Assembly (NCBI GenBank): GCA_020344215.1
Contig: CP070815.1
Span: 3,321,296 to 3,385,295 of the forward strand
DNA: 64,000 bases
Reading direction: 5' to 3'
Source of the DNA: Gemmatimonadota bacterium
Lineage (GTDB): Bacteria > Gemmatimonadota > Gemmatimonadetes > Palauibacterales > KS3-K002
Under the pieces are notes generated by a model. The model saw only the letters and a program-made list of their open reading frames with translations, did no database searches and was not told the origin of the DNA. The position numbers and the translations under genes are program-made. Shown piece after piece: positions 33,916 through 43,598 of the stretch (its first letter is position 1; the number at the start of each line of letters is the position of its first letter).

Positions 33916-35646
33916 CTACCAGCCCGGCCCAGGCAGCCTTCGGGCCAGGGCCCGGGCCAGGAACCGGAGCCGGTCGGGCCAGGGAAGCCGACCGAGGGTG
34001 GTGCGGACGACCCCGCGGGTGAAGTAGGTCGCCTGCGAGTAGTCGATCTCGACCTCCATCACCACGGGCCGGCCGTCGGAGTGAATGGACCGGGCCTCGC
34101 ACAGTACTCTGAGCACGCGGTCATCGCCGGCGATCGGGAGGTACTCGACTCCCACGGCCCGGCAGATGGCCTCGAGGTCGAAGTCGGGGAGCCGGCTGGC
34201 CGTCTTGCGTGCCAGGGCGGCCTGCTGGAACTGTGCGATCTGGGCCAGCTCCCGGTCGCGGAGCACGAGGATCGTCACGGGGAGCTGCAGCTGGGCAGCG
34301 GTGAGCAACTCGAGACCGGTCATCAGGAAGGCGCCGTCGCCGGCCAGGGCTACGGCGGGGCGGTCCGGGCATGCCAGTGCCGCGCCGAGGGCGGCGGGGA
34401 CCGAGTAGCCCATGCATGAGTAGTCCACCGGCGCCAGGAAGGAGCGCGGCCGGTCGATGCGCAGGATCTCCATGGCGAGGAAGGTGCCGTTCCCGCTATC
34501 GGTCGTATAGATGGCGTCGGCGCCGTACACCTCCTGTAGGCCTTTCAGGAGCCGCGCCGGGCTGACACGATCCTGGCTCCCGTCCTTCCAGCCGGCATCC
34601 ACCTCCGCCCGGCCTCTGCCAATCGCTTCCCGCAGTCCGGAGTCGGTGGCCCGGTGGTCCAGCTTTGGAAGCAGCGCGGCGACGAACGCTCGAGCGTCCG
34701 ATACGATCTGCACGTCCGCAAAGTAGTTTCGGCCCAGCACCGACGCGTCGACGTCGACGTGCACCAGCGGGCCGGGTGGCTCAAGCCCATAGCTCCCTGT
34801 GCCCACCTCGGAGAAGCGGCAGCCGACGGCCAACATGAGGTCGCAGCCGGCGGCGACCTTGCGGACGAAGTCCGGCGCCGCGGGCCCGAAGCCGCACCAG
34901 AGCCAGAGGGGGTGGCTCTCCGGGAAGATGCCCTTCCCCTGGATCGTGGTGGCCACCGGTGCCTCGAGCTGTTCCGCCAGGGCCACGAGATCCGCGCCTG
35001 CGCTCGCCGCGCCTAGGCCCAGGTAGAGCAGGGGGCGCCGACTCTCCGCCAGCAGCTCCCGGGCCCGGGTGAGGAGCTGCGGGTCCGGCTCCGGCGTTGA
35101 CGGCGCCTCCCCGGCGAACGCGTCGAGGTCGGGCTCGTGCCGGGACAGGTAAAGGTTGACCGGGACTTCCACGAAGGCCGGTCCAGCCGGGGCGGCCCGG
35201 GCGATTCGGCAGGCGCGGCGGACCGTGGCGTAGAGATCGGAGCCCTGCTCCGGCTTCAGCTGTGCCTTGGTCACCGGCCGCACCATGGCCATCTGATCGA
35301 CATCGTGCAGCTGGTAGGCTTTACCGGTGTCGGTGCGGGTACCGCAGCCCAGCACGAGCATCGGGATGCCGTCGAGATAGGCCTCGGCGATCCCGGAGAG
35401 CGCGTGGGTAAGCCCGGCGCCGGGCACCACGTTCACGCAGCCGAGCAGGCCCGACGAGCGCGACACCCCGTCGGCCATGAACGAGGCGCTCTGCTCGTCG
35501 GTGACGAGGATCGGGCGCACCTTGCCCGCGCGGCTCAGCGCGTCGTAGAGCTCGATGTTGTGGGTGCCGGGGATGCCGAAGGCGAAGGGAACGCCTTCGT
35601 CCTCCAGCGCCTGCACCACGATCTCGGCGCCCGTCATCTTCGTCAT
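33916..35646 (-). CDS. Thiamine pyrophosphate-dependent enzyme (acetolactate synthase large-subunit-like family)
   Basis: MTGAEIVVQALEDEGVPFAFGIPGTHNIELYDAL (TPP_enzyme_N), a central domain, and the C-terminal TPP-binding motif (LAGDGAFLMTGLELLTA). Confidence 0.85.
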   Translation of the reverse strand: MTKMTGAEIVVQALEDEGVPFAFGIPGTHNIELYDALSRAGKVRPILVTDEQSASFMADGVSRSSGLLGCVNVVPGAGLTHALSGIAEAYLDGIPMLVLGCGTRTDTGKAYQLHDVDQMAMVRPVTKAQLKPEQGSDLYATVRRACRIARAAPAGPAFVEVPVNLYLSRHEPDLDAFAGEAPSTPEPDPQLLTRARELLAESRRPLLYLGLGAASAGADLVALAEQLEAPVATTIQGKGIFPESHPLWLWCGFGPAAPDFVRKVAAGCDLMLAVGCRFSEVGTGSYGLEPPGPLVHVDVDASVLGRNYFADVQIVSDARAFVAALLPKLDHRATDSGLREAIGRGRAEVDAGWKDGSQDRVSPARLLKGLQEVYGADAIYTTDSGNGTFLAMEILRIDRPRSFLAPVDYSCMGYSVPAALGAALACPDRPAVALAGDGAFLMTGLELLTAAQLQLPVTILVLRDRELAQIAQFQQAALARKTASRLPDFDLEAICRAVGVEYLPIAGDDRVLRVLCEARSIHSDGRPVVMEVEIDYSQATYFTRGVVRTTLGRLPWPDRLRFLARALARRLPGPGW

Positions 35647-35650
35647 CTGA

Positions 35651-37159
35651 TCAGCTCAATAGAGGCCCGGCGTCCCGGCGGATGCGCTCTGCCACCCGGT
35701 CGGCCAGCGCCATGATCGTCAGGTACGGGTTGATCTCGATCGAGTCGGGGAAGAGGCTGGCATCGGCTACGAACAGCCAGGGCACGCCGTGCACGCGGCC
35801 GAAGGAGTCGGTCACCGAGTCGCCGGCAGTGAGCCCCATGCGGCAGCCGCCCTGCAGGTGGGCGGCCGACACGGTGACGCCGCCCGGCCGGAAGTGACTC
35901 TCGTCCACGATCTCCTCGAGGCGGTCGGCGTCCTCACGCGCCACCGTCGGCGTCGCCGCCGCGGGGACGTGGACACGCTGCGCGCCCGCCGCGAAGAAGA
36001 TACGGGACGAGGTCAGAGTCCCCCGGGCCAGCGCGCTTCTTACCTCCGGTGTGAAGCGGTAGTGAACCACTGGTTGTCCGTTCCCATCGATGACGACCCG
36101 GTTGTGGCGGTCCACATGATCGCGGGCGAGGACGAGGATCATCTGCAGGCGCGGGAAAGCGCGCATGAACGCGCTGTGCGCTGCGCCGAAACCACTCAGG
36201 CTCTTCGCCGTGGTGAACGGGAAGTACATACACGTTTCGAGGATGAAGCCGTCCGACTCGATGAACTCGTCCAGGTAGTAGCTCTTCGGATGGCCGACGA
36301 AGTTGGTGATCGCGCGCGCGTGCTCCGCCACCAGGATGAGCGCCGGGTGGCAGGTGAAGCCGTGACCGAGGCGCGGCAGCTTGGCCGGCAAACGTGAGCG
36401 GAGCAGCAAGGCCGGCGAGTGCACCGCCCCGGCACAGACGACCACGACTTTCGCCCGGATGGTGTATTCACCGGGTTCCCACGGCGATGGCTCCCCCTTC
36501 TCGGCGTTCGGCCTCGGCGACACACGCGCCACCACCGCCCGGCCCTCCAGCCGGACCACCTCGCAGCGCGTCACGACCTCGACGCCCCCACGCTCTGCAC
36601 GCGGTAGCTGGACCCGGTTGGTGCCCTGCTTCGCCTGGTTGGGGCACCCCAGGTTACAGAGGCTCGAGCCGCGGCAACCTCTGACGTTCACCGGGAACTG
36701 CTGGGCTTTGTAGCCCAGGTGTCGGCACCCCTGGACGAAGAGCCGGTTGTTCTCGTTGATCCGCTCTTCCTCCATGTAGTGGACGTTGTTCTGCACGATG
36801 AACTTGTGTGTGCGCCGCTCGATCTCCGCGTAACCGAGGCCGGGTACGTTCCAGCGCCGGATCACGCGCTCCGATGCCATGATCGACGTGCCGGTGTACA
36901 CCGTCGTCGAGCCGCCGTAGCCGCAGCCCATGGCCAGGGTCATCGAGCCGTCAGCGGTGAGGAAGCCGCCCCCGTCCTCGTAGAGCGCCTGGGCCATCTC
37001 GACTTCTCGGCCGCTGAACTCGTCGTCCCGGAGGCGGGGCCCCTTCTCGAGCACGGCGATCCGCGCCCCGTCCCGGCAGAGCGGCGCGAGCTCCTGCGCC
37101 ACCGTGCCACCGCCTGCGCCGGAGCCGATGATCACGACATCGTAGTCCCGCTCCCGCAT
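35651..37159 (-). CDS. GMC family FAD-dependent oxidoreductase
   Basis: MRERDYDVVIIGSGAGGGTVAQELA (GxGxxG) and a C-terminal GMC_oxred_C-like region (HLQGGCRMG). The track ORF to 37612 is an artefactual N-terminal extension overlapping the upstream gene. Confidence 0.85.
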   Translation of the reverse strand: MRERDYDVVIIGSGAGGGTVAQELAPLCRDGARIAVLEKGPRLRDDEFSGREVEMAQALYEDGGGFLTADGSMTLAMGCGYGGSTTVYTGTSIMASERVIRRWNVPGLGYAEIERRTHKFIVQNNVHYMEEERINENNRLFVQGCRHLGYKAQQFPVNVRGCRGSSLCNLGCPNQAKQGTNRVQLPRAERGGVEVVTRCEVVRLEGRAVVARVSPRPNAEKGEPSPWEPGEYTIRAKVVVVCAGAVHSPALLLRSRLPAKLPRLGHGFTCHPALILVAEHARAITNFVGHPKSYYLDEFIESDGFILETCMYFPFTTAKSLSGFGAAHSAFMRAFPRLQMILVLARDHVDRHNRVVIDGNGQPVVHYRFTPEVRSALARGTLTSSRIFFAAGAQRVHVPAAATPTVAREDADRLEEIVDESHFRPGGVTVSAAHLQGGCRMGLTAGDSVTDSFGRVHGVPWLFVADASLFPDSIEINPYLTIMALADRVAERIRRDAGPLLS

Positions 37160-37161
37160 GA

Positions 37162-37557
37162 TCAGACCGCCTCCCAACCACGCGGGTCGGGACGGTAGCC
37201 TATGGCCGCGGCCCCGGTGTCGCGCCCATAGTAGCCCAGGAGCGACAGGGTCCTGAGACCCCAGAAGCCGACACGAATCCGGTCGGCTGGGTGATACTGG
37301 AGGTGGGCGAGGAACCGTGTCCGGCGGGCCGCGTCGAGCGACGTGAAACGGCGGCCGTAACGGAATAGCGGCAGCCATTGCAGGAACCGCAGAAACAGCC
37401 GCAGCTGTCGCCGCAGCGCCCGAGGCCGCCGGCGAAGCGATTCCTCGACCAGCGCACCGAGCTCGCTCCAGCCGCCGTCGTCCAGCTCCGCGGCTTCCGG
37501 TACGACCGTGCAGACCACCGCTCTGAACACCGGCAGCTGTCCGGCCAGTGTCGGCAA
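37162..37557 (-). CDS. Small subunit partner of the GMC oxidoreductase (gluconate 2-dehydrogenase subunit 3-like)
   Basis: 131 aa. Its stop is 2 nt before the GMC start. Pattern ...VVPEAAELDDGGW...FTSLDAARRTRFL...RTLSLLGYYG resembles the Gluconate_2-dh3 family. Confidence 0.5.
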   Translation of the reverse strand: MPTLAGQLPVFRAVVCTVVPEAAELDDGGWSELGALVEESLRRRPRALRRQLRLFLRFLQWLPLFRYGRRFTSLDAARRTRFLAHLQYHPADRIRVGFWGLRTLSLLGYYGRDTGAAAIGYRPDPRGWEAV

Positions 37558-37650
37558 CGTCTTCGTGGCGACCCCCGTATCTGTTCCCTGCTCTGATGGT
37601 CTGGGCTAACAATGGGCTATATTATAGGGCAAGGTCAAAAGGAGGTAGCC

Positions 37651-38394
37651 ATGTCCGTGCTGTCGCCGTGGATTGGCGGTACGCGACGGCTCGTTGGGCA
37701 TGTGGGGCAGAGCGGCCTGCTCTTTGGCCCTATTCGCCGGGCCATCGTCGAGCCGGCCGCGACCGCCCACGATGAGGCACTTCGCTTGCTCCTCTGCTAT
37801 CATGGGAAGCGAGCTTGGCAGGCAGGACTCATCGCCGGCTGCTGCGGCAATCTGTCGGCCCGTCTGCACAACAGGGACGCCATCTACATCACGCCACGCG
37901 CTGCGAACAAGTCGCGCTTGCACGCATCCGACATCCAGGTCGTCGACCTGTACGCCGGGGCCGAAGGGCTCGAGAGCGTCAGCGTGGAGTTGCCGTTGCA
38001 CCGCGCCTGCTATCTGGCCGACTCGATGGTAGGTGCGGTGATCCACACCCATGCGCCGGCCCTAACGGCGCTCGGTATCCGCGGTCTCGACCTCAGCGAG
38101 ATTCTGCCCGAGGCCGCGGCGTCGCTGGGTCGCCTGGCCCGGGTGCCCTACGCACCGGCCGGCTCCGCGGAGCTGGCTGAAGCCGTCGGCCAAGCCGTCG
38201 CCTACGGCGCGCTGCTGCTGCTTCTCGAGCACCACGGCGCGGTCACCGTGGGGAACACCCTCGGCGAAGCCTACGAGCGGATGGAGTTCGGCGAGCTGAG
38301 CGCTAAGGCAGCGCTGATGGCGACCGCGGATAGGGGCTTCGCCGCAGCTCGCATCGCCACCAGCGCCGCAGGACCGGCGCGACCATCAGGTTGA
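37651..38394 (+). CDS. Class II aldolase/adducin-domain protein
   Basis: CCGNLSARL...IYITPRAANKSRL...ELPLHRACY....GAVIHTHAPALTALG...LLEHHGAVTVG. AAGGAGG lies 6 nt upstream of ATG 37651. Confidence 0.8.
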   Translation: MSVLSPWIGGTRRLVGHVGQSGLLFGPIRRAIVEPAATAHDEALRLLLCYHGKRAWQAGLIAGCCGNLSARLHNRDAIYITPRAANKSRLHASDIQVVDLYAGAEGLESVSVELPLHRACYLADSMVGAVIHTHAPALTALGIRGLDLSEILPEAAASLGRLARVPYAPAGSAELAEAVGQAVAYGALLLLLEHHGAVTVGNTLGEAYERMEFGELSAKAALMATADRGFAAARIATSAAGPARPSG

Positions 38395-39283
38395 GCCAGA
38401 GAGCCCAGAGTATCCCCGCCGGCGAGTCGATGGCGAAGTGGTTCTGCGTGTAGACCGTGGAAACGACGACGCCAGCCGCCGCCACCACCAGAAGCAGCGC
38501 GGCAGTCTTGGAGAACCAACGAAACCCCAAGTAGGCCATCGTCGTCGACGCCGCCACGTGCGAGCTGGGGAACGAGCAGCCCAGCGAATCTCCCTGGGCC
38601 TGTAACATCCACTCGAGCCGGTAGAAGAATCCCTGCTGGTGCGGACCTTCATAGTGCTCGCTCAGGAAGTGGGGGCCGTCCACCGGGAACGCGATGTATA
38701 CGAAGAAGCACGCGTAATAGACGAGCACGACCCTTAGCGTTACGTCGTGCTTCATCTCCTGGCTGCCCTTGAACAGCACGTACAACAGCGGGACGATCAC
38801 GGTCAGATAGTAGGCGAAGTAGGCCAGTTGCATGACCTCGCTGAACCACACCCAGGGCATGGCCGGCATCCAGACCTCGTCGAGGTGGATGCCGAACACC
38901 GCGATGTCCAACGCTCCGACGACCCGGTCGAACGGCGCGTCGTGCAGCAGGCGCCGGATGAAGTCCAGCTCGGTCCAGAACGCCAGGATCCAGAGGAGCG
39001 GATAGATATCGCGGAACACACGGCCCACGGGCGACAGGCGGTTGCCCGCGCGCTCGAGCAGCGTCGGCATGGCTGCCGCGACCGCGTGCGCGAGGAAGAG
39101 CCAGAACGCGTAAGACCATTGCGGGATCAAGATCACCCAAACGACCGCCAAGAGGACGTTGTACGCCGACGCGATCCTGTCGACGAGCCTCATCCGGTCG
39201 GGCTCGAGGGGTGCGTCGTCGGCGGCAGCCAGTTCGGTGATTTCAGGGGCGCCAAGCGCGTCTGCTGTTGAGTCGTTCATCAA
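38303..39283 (-). CDS. PAP2-superfamily integral membrane protein (phosphatase / phospho-headgroup transferase-like)
   Basis: Multi-pass membrane protein with SFPSSHVAAS (PSGH-like C2 motif) and VYTQNHFAIDSPAG (C3 HxxxD motif). Confidence 0.65.
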   Translation of the reverse strand: MMNDSTADALGAPEITELAAADDAPLEPDRMRLVDRIASAYNVLLAVVWVILIPQWSYAFWLFLAHAVAAAMPTLLERAGNRLSPVGRVFRDIYPLLWILAFWTELDFIRRLLHDAPFDRVVGALDIAVFGIHLDEVWMPAMPWVWFSEVMQLAYFAYYLTVIVPLLYVLFKGSQEMKHDVTLRVVLVYYACFFVYIAFPVDGPHFLSEHYEGPHQQGFFYRLEWMLQAQGDSLGCSFPSSHVAASTTMAYLGFRWFSKTAALLLVVAAAGVVVSTVYTQNHFAIDSPAGILWALWLNLMVAPVLRRWWRCELRRSPYPRSPSALP

Positions 39284-39286
39284 CGA

Positions 39287-40504
39287 TCAGTGGCTCGGGG
39301 AAGCCTGCTTTGGAACCGTCTGCACGAAGTTGCCGAACTGCACCGGCTCCTCCAGCCGGCACGACCACGCCAGGCGGCCGTTCCACACCGTCATGTCCGG
39401 GCAGCCGTCGCACATGTTCTGCCGCCCGTCGGGTAGCACGTCGATGGGCTGGATGAGCATCACCGACTGGTAGTGCAGCCGCTGCAAGACCCGCAACGGG
39501 TTGCGGAGGTACGACCGCGCTGCTCGCGCCAGACCGCGGTCCAGAGGTGAGAGCGCCAGCAAGGAGCGGCCGCGCCTGTGGACCTTGGGACTACTATAGG
39601 CTAGGTAGCGCCCGTTCCTCAGGTGATGAGTGACCTGTGCCAGTTCCATGAACCGGGCGCCGACGTAGCCGTGAATCCTTCCCTTGGTCCCCAGGCGACC
39701 GGTTAGCAGCCACTTGAACGAATCCGGCTTCTCGGTGCCATTCAGGTACGCGCACGGTTGAAAATCGGGGAAGCGATCCCGAATGGCTGCGAGGATGTCC
39801 GTCGACTGGATGTCGGTCCTCGGCTGTGTATCGGTGGCGTAGCGGATGCCGGCGAAGTCGATCTTCTGACCGTTCACGTAGTAGTCGAACTGGCCGTCGA
39901 TCAGGGCCGCTCGGAAGGCGATGAACACCAGCACGTGAACGATGTCGATGTGCTGCGCGCCCCAGGCCACAACGTCCGGCACGCATTCGAGGGTGTCCTC
40001 GTAGATCGTCGAGTTGAAAGCGCAGGAGAGGCCTCCCACGCCGGCGATCAGCTGCGCGTACTCGAGCCGCAGCTCGTTGAGTTCCACCTCGCTCTTCCCA
40101 CGCCAGCGCGGCCGGGTCTGCTTGCTGTCGATATGCAGTGTCAGCCCCCAGAGTCCGGCGCGCTTCATCTCGGTAAGAAGCTCGCGGCTCAGTGCCAGGC
40201 CGTTGGTGTTGAGGATCGGCTTCAGCCCCCGCCCCGCGATCATCGCGACGATATCGACCACCTCGGGGTGGCAGAGCGGGTCGCCACCGGCGACCGAGAT
40301 CCCATCGGCCTTGCGAAACCGCGCGAAGACATCGAGGTCATCGGCGATCTCCTCCAGCGACCTGTGCGACTTGGGCTCGTTCGTCCGGTAGCAACCGTCA
40401 CAGTAGAGGTTGCAGGCGGCAGTCGGTTCCAGCCACGAGATCGCGTTGTCCGGCAGGCTCCACGGTAGCCGGTAGAGCGATCGATGATCCAGTTGGGCGG
40501 TCAT
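39287..40504 (-). CDS. Radical SAM protein (unassigned subfamily, C-terminal Cys-rich domain)
   Basis: LPWSLPDNAISWLEPTAACNLYCDGCYR (CxxxCxxC), ISVAGGDPLCHPE, NTNG. C-terminal CDGCPDMTVWNGRLAWSCRLEE. Its stop is 3 nt from the PAP2 gene start. Confidence 0.8.
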   Translation of the reverse strand: MTAQLDHRSLYRLPWSLPDNAISWLEPTAACNLYCDGCYRTNEPKSHRSLEEIADDLDVFARFRKADGISVAGGDPLCHPEVVDIVAMIAGRGLKPILNTNGLALSRELLTEMKRAGLWGLTLHIDSKQTRPRWRGKSEVELNELRLEYAQLIAGVGGLSCAFNSTIYEDTLECVPDVVAWGAQHIDIVHVLVFIAFRAALIDGQFDYYVNGQKIDFAGIRYATDTQPRTDIQSTDILAAIRDRFPDFQPCAYLNGTEKPDSFKWLLTGRLGTKGRIHGYVGARFMELAQVTHHLRNGRYLAYSSPKVHRRGRSLLALSPLDRGLARAARSYLRNPLRVLQRLHYQSVMLIQPIDVLPDGRQNMCDGCPDMTVWNGRLAWSCRLEEPVQFGNFVQTVPKQASPSH

Positions 40505-40777
40505 GGGCTCCCTTTAGAACGGGCTCGGAGTTGTAATCGCAGGCTCTCTGCTGAGTGCGGTGCCGGCAAGCTATTCCTGTCCGCCTCCGCGGGCAAGGAA
40601 TCTCGCGGTTTGCCGGCGGCTTGGGGCACCAGGCTCGGGCCTGGTCCCGAGCCTGGCGCTCCAGCGGTGCCGCCGGGGGATGCCAACCCTTCCCCCGCTC
40701 AGGGCGTCTAAGGCCTTGGAGGGACGGGTAGCAGCCCCATCCACACGAAACCCGGGAGTGAGCTAGGAACGTGCATC

Positions 40778-43450
40778 ATGGTGGGAACCCTGCGAACGGC
40801 GCTGCTGGCGGCGGTCCTTGCAGGAGTAGGAGTGCAGCCGGCGCTGGCGAACGCCGAAGGAGATCCTGAGGAGAAGCCGGACCCCAAGCCCTACCGAGCG
40901 CAGGCGAGCCGCGCGACGCCGGGCACGCCGGAGATCGATGGGGAATTGGATGAGGCCGCCTGGGCACTGGCCGAGCTGGTAACCGACTTCGTGCAGCGTG
41001 ACCCCGAGGAGGGCGCCCCGGCGACGGAGCGAACCGAGGCCCGGGTGCTGTTCGATGACGGGTCGCTATACGTCGGGATCCGTGCCTACGATAGCGAGCC
41101 GGACAAGATCATAGGGCAGCTCACGCGGCGCGATCAGTGGTCGGCGTCCGATTGGCTCACCGTCTCGATCGACTCCTACTACGACCGGCGGACGGCGTTC
41201 GAGTTCCGGGTGAACCCGGCCGGGGTCGAGCGCGACATGTATCGGTACGATGACACCTGGGCGGACGACTCATGGAATGCGGTATGGGACGTCGCCACGA
41301 GCGTGGATGAAGAGGGCTGGGTGGCCGAGTTCCGCATCCCGTTCTCGCAGCTCCGCTTCTCGCAGGCCGCCGAGCAGATCTGGGGCTTCAACATCGAGCG
41401 CGTCATCCAGCGGAAGAACGAGGTCGTGCAGTGGAAGCCGATCGCGAAGGATGCTTCCGGCTGGGTGTCCGAGTACGGCGACCTGGTCGGGATCAACGGG
41501 ATCCAACCGCCGCGGCGTCTGGAAGTGCTGCCCTACGTGGTGGCGACTCAGGGCTACACGCCGGAGGATCCGGACAATCCGTTCCAGACCGGCAGTGAGT
41601 TCCAGGGCAACGTCGGTGGCGACCTGCGCTACGGCGTGACCAACAGCCTGACGCTGAACCTCACAGTGAACCCCGACTTTGGCCAGGTCGAGGCCGACCC
41701 GTCGGTGGTCAATCTCTCCGCCTTCGAGACTTTCTTCCAGGAGAAGCGTCCGTTCTTCCTGGAAGGTGCCAACATCTTCAGCTTCGGCCTGAGTGGCAGC
41801 GGCGGTTGGGAGCAGCTCTTCTATTCGCGGCGGATCGGCCGGCGGCCGCAGGGTGAAGCCGACGCGCGTGACGGCTACGTCGACCACCCCGATAACACGA
41901 CGATCCTGGCCGCGGCCAAGCTGTCGGGTAAATCGGCCGACGGCTGGACCGTAGGCGTGCTCGACGCGGTCACCGGCAAAGAGAAAGCCGCAGTGATCGA
42001 CGGCGACGGCATCCGACATGCAGATGTCGTCGAGCCGCTGACCAACTACGGCGTGGCCCGGGTCCAGAAGGACTTCAACGGCGGCAGTAGCGCGGTTGGC
42101 GCCATAGTCACGCTGACGAACCGCGACCTGCCCGCCTCGCTCGACTATCTGCGCTCCTCCGCCTACGCCGGCGGCATCGATGCGCGGCACCGTTTCTGGG
42201 ACGGCAACTGGGAGCTCACCGGTCAGGTGCTGATGTCGCACATCCGCGGCTCCGAGTCGGCGATCGATGATGCGCAAGTGAGTTCGGCCCGCTATTTCCA
42301 GCGACCCGACGCCAGCCACCTCACCTACGACCCGACGCGGACCAGCCTGTCGGGGACGAGCGGGTCGTTCAGCTTCGCCAAGATCGGCGGTGGCCACTGG
42401 CGCGGCTCGGTGCGGAGCTCCTGGATCTCGCCGGGCTTCGAGGTGAACGACCTGGGCTTCCAGAGGTCGGCCGATGCGTGGCGCAACGGCGCCTGGATCC
42501 AGTACCGCGACGTGCAGCCGGGCAAGATCTTCCGACGCTACTACCTGAACTGGAACGGCTGGAATCATCAGACGCTCGGCGGCGAACGGACAGCGACGGG
42601 CATGAACGTCAACGGCAGCTTCACGCTGCTCAGCTATTGGGGTGGCTGGGGTGGCGTCGAGCGGCAGTTGCCCGGCCTCTCCATCCAGACGCTGCGAGGT
42701 GGACCGGCGATGAAGGCACCTGCCGCCTGGAACTGGTGGGGCGGCTTCTACAGCGACGACCGCAAGCCGGTCGCCTTCGAGACGGGCACTTGGGGTTGGA
42801 AAGATGAGGAGAGCTCCACTTCGGCCGGCGTCTGGGCGTTCGTCGCCTGGCGGCCGCTGGCCAACGTGCGGCTGACGCTGGGGCCGGAGTACAGCTGGAA
42901 CCACGACGATTGGCAGTACTTGACGACCGAGGATGCGCTGGGCTCAACGCACTACTTCACGAGCGTGCTCGACCAGAAGACCTTGTACCTGACGACCCGG
43001 CTCGATTGGACGTTCACGCCTAACTTGAGCCTGCAGCTGTACGCACAGCCGTTCGTCTCGGCGGGCACTTACACGGCGTTCAGCGAGGTCGTCGACCCGA
43101 AGGCGGACGCCTATGCCGACCGGTTCGCCCCGCTGGAAGAGGATCGTCTCACGTACGAAGCGAGCACCGAACCGGACGAGCCCGGCACCTACCATGTGGA
43201 CCTGAATCGGGACGGCGAGACGGATTTCTCGTTCGACGACCCGGACTTCAACTTCAAGCAGTTCCGGTCGACGGTGGTGCTGCGTTGGGAGTACATGCAG
43301 GGCTCGACCCTGTTCTTCGTCTGGTCATCGAGCAAGACGGCCTACAATTACACGGGCTCGTTCAGTCCGCTGAACGACTTTGACGCACTACGGCAGGCAG
43401 AAGGGGAGAACTACTTCAGCATCAAGGTAAATTACTACCTGAACCCCTGA
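40778..43450 (+). CDS. CBM9-like + DUF5916-type outer-membrane beta-barrel protein
   Basis: Signal peptide. PEIDGELDEAAWALAELVTDFVQRDPEEGAPATERTEARVLFDDGSLYVGIRAYD...AFEFRVNPAGV matches the CBM9-like N-terminal domain of this family. It is followed by about 600 aa with alternating beta-strand character. Confidence 0.7.
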   Translation: MVGTLRTALLAAVLAGVGVQPALANAEGDPEEKPDPKPYRAQASRATPGTPEIDGELDEAAWALAELVTDFVQRDPEEGAPATERTEARVLFDDGSLYVGIRAYDSEPDKIIGQLTRRDQWSASDWLTVSIDSYYDRRTAFEFRVNPAGVERDMYRYDDTWADDSWNAVWDVATSVDEEGWVAEFRIPFSQLRFSQAAEQIWGFNIERVIQRKNEVVQWKPIAKDASGWVSEYGDLVGINGIQPPRRLEVLPYVVATQGYTPEDPDNPFQTGSEFQGNVGGDLRYGVTNSLTLNLTVNPDFGQVEADPSVVNLSAFETFFQEKRPFFLEGANIFSFGLSGSGGWEQLFYSRRIGRRPQGEADARDGYVDHPDNTTILAAAKLSGKSADGWTVGVLDAVTGKEKAAVIDGDGIRHADVVEPLTNYGVARVQKDFNGGSSAVGAIVTLTNRDLPASLDYLRSSAYAGGIDARHRFWDGNWELTGQVLMSHIRGSESAIDDAQVSSARYFQRPDASHLTYDPTRTSLSGTSGSFSFAKIGGGHWRGSVRSSWISPGFEVNDLGFQRSADAWRNGAWIQYRDVQPGKIFRRYYLNWNGWNHQTLGGERTATGMNVNGSFTLLSYWGGWGGVERQLPGLSIQTLRGGPAMKAPAAWNWWGGFYSDDRKPVAFETGTWGWKDEESSTSAGVWAFVAWRPLANVRLTLGPEYSWNHDDWQYLTTEDALGSTHYFTSVLDQKTLYLTTRLDWTFTPNLSLQLYAQPFVSAGTYTAFSEVVDPKADAYADRFAPLEEDRLTYEASTEPDEPGTYHVDLNRDGETDFSFDDPDFNFKQFRSTVVLRWEYMQGSTLFFVWSSSKTAYNYTGSFSPLNDFDALRQAEGENYFSIKVNYYLNP

Positions 43451-43487
43451 TGTCTCGGCGCCCGTAGCGAACGGGCCTCGGGAGCGC

Positions 43488-43530
43488 GCGGCGCTGTGAC
43501 CCTCTCGACGGGTTACAGCGCCGCTGTTTT
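43488..43530 (+). terminator. Rho-independent terminator
   Basis: 15-bp stem GCGGCGCTGTGACCC / GGGTTACAGCGCCGC (one G-U pair), 7-nt loop, then TGTTTT. Confidence 0.7.
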
Positions 43531-43598
43531 CGACGGCTTGTCGGCCAGCGGGGCGCCGTTGTAAGCTGGCTCCGCCAACGCTGAGCAGAGGAGGGGCC

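Noticed and set aside
37160-37612. N-terminal 150-aa extension of the GMC oxidoreductase ORF (track ORF 35651-37612)
   Set aside because: The Rossmann GxGxxG motif begins right after the internal MRERDYDVV start at 37159. The extension overlaps, in another frame, the better-supported 131-aa partner-subunit gene.
41270-42904. 544-aa minus-strand ORF
   Set aside because: Antisense to the CBM9/DUF5916 outer-membrane protein gene. Low-complexity Arg/Ala/Pro-rich translation, so a shadow ORF.
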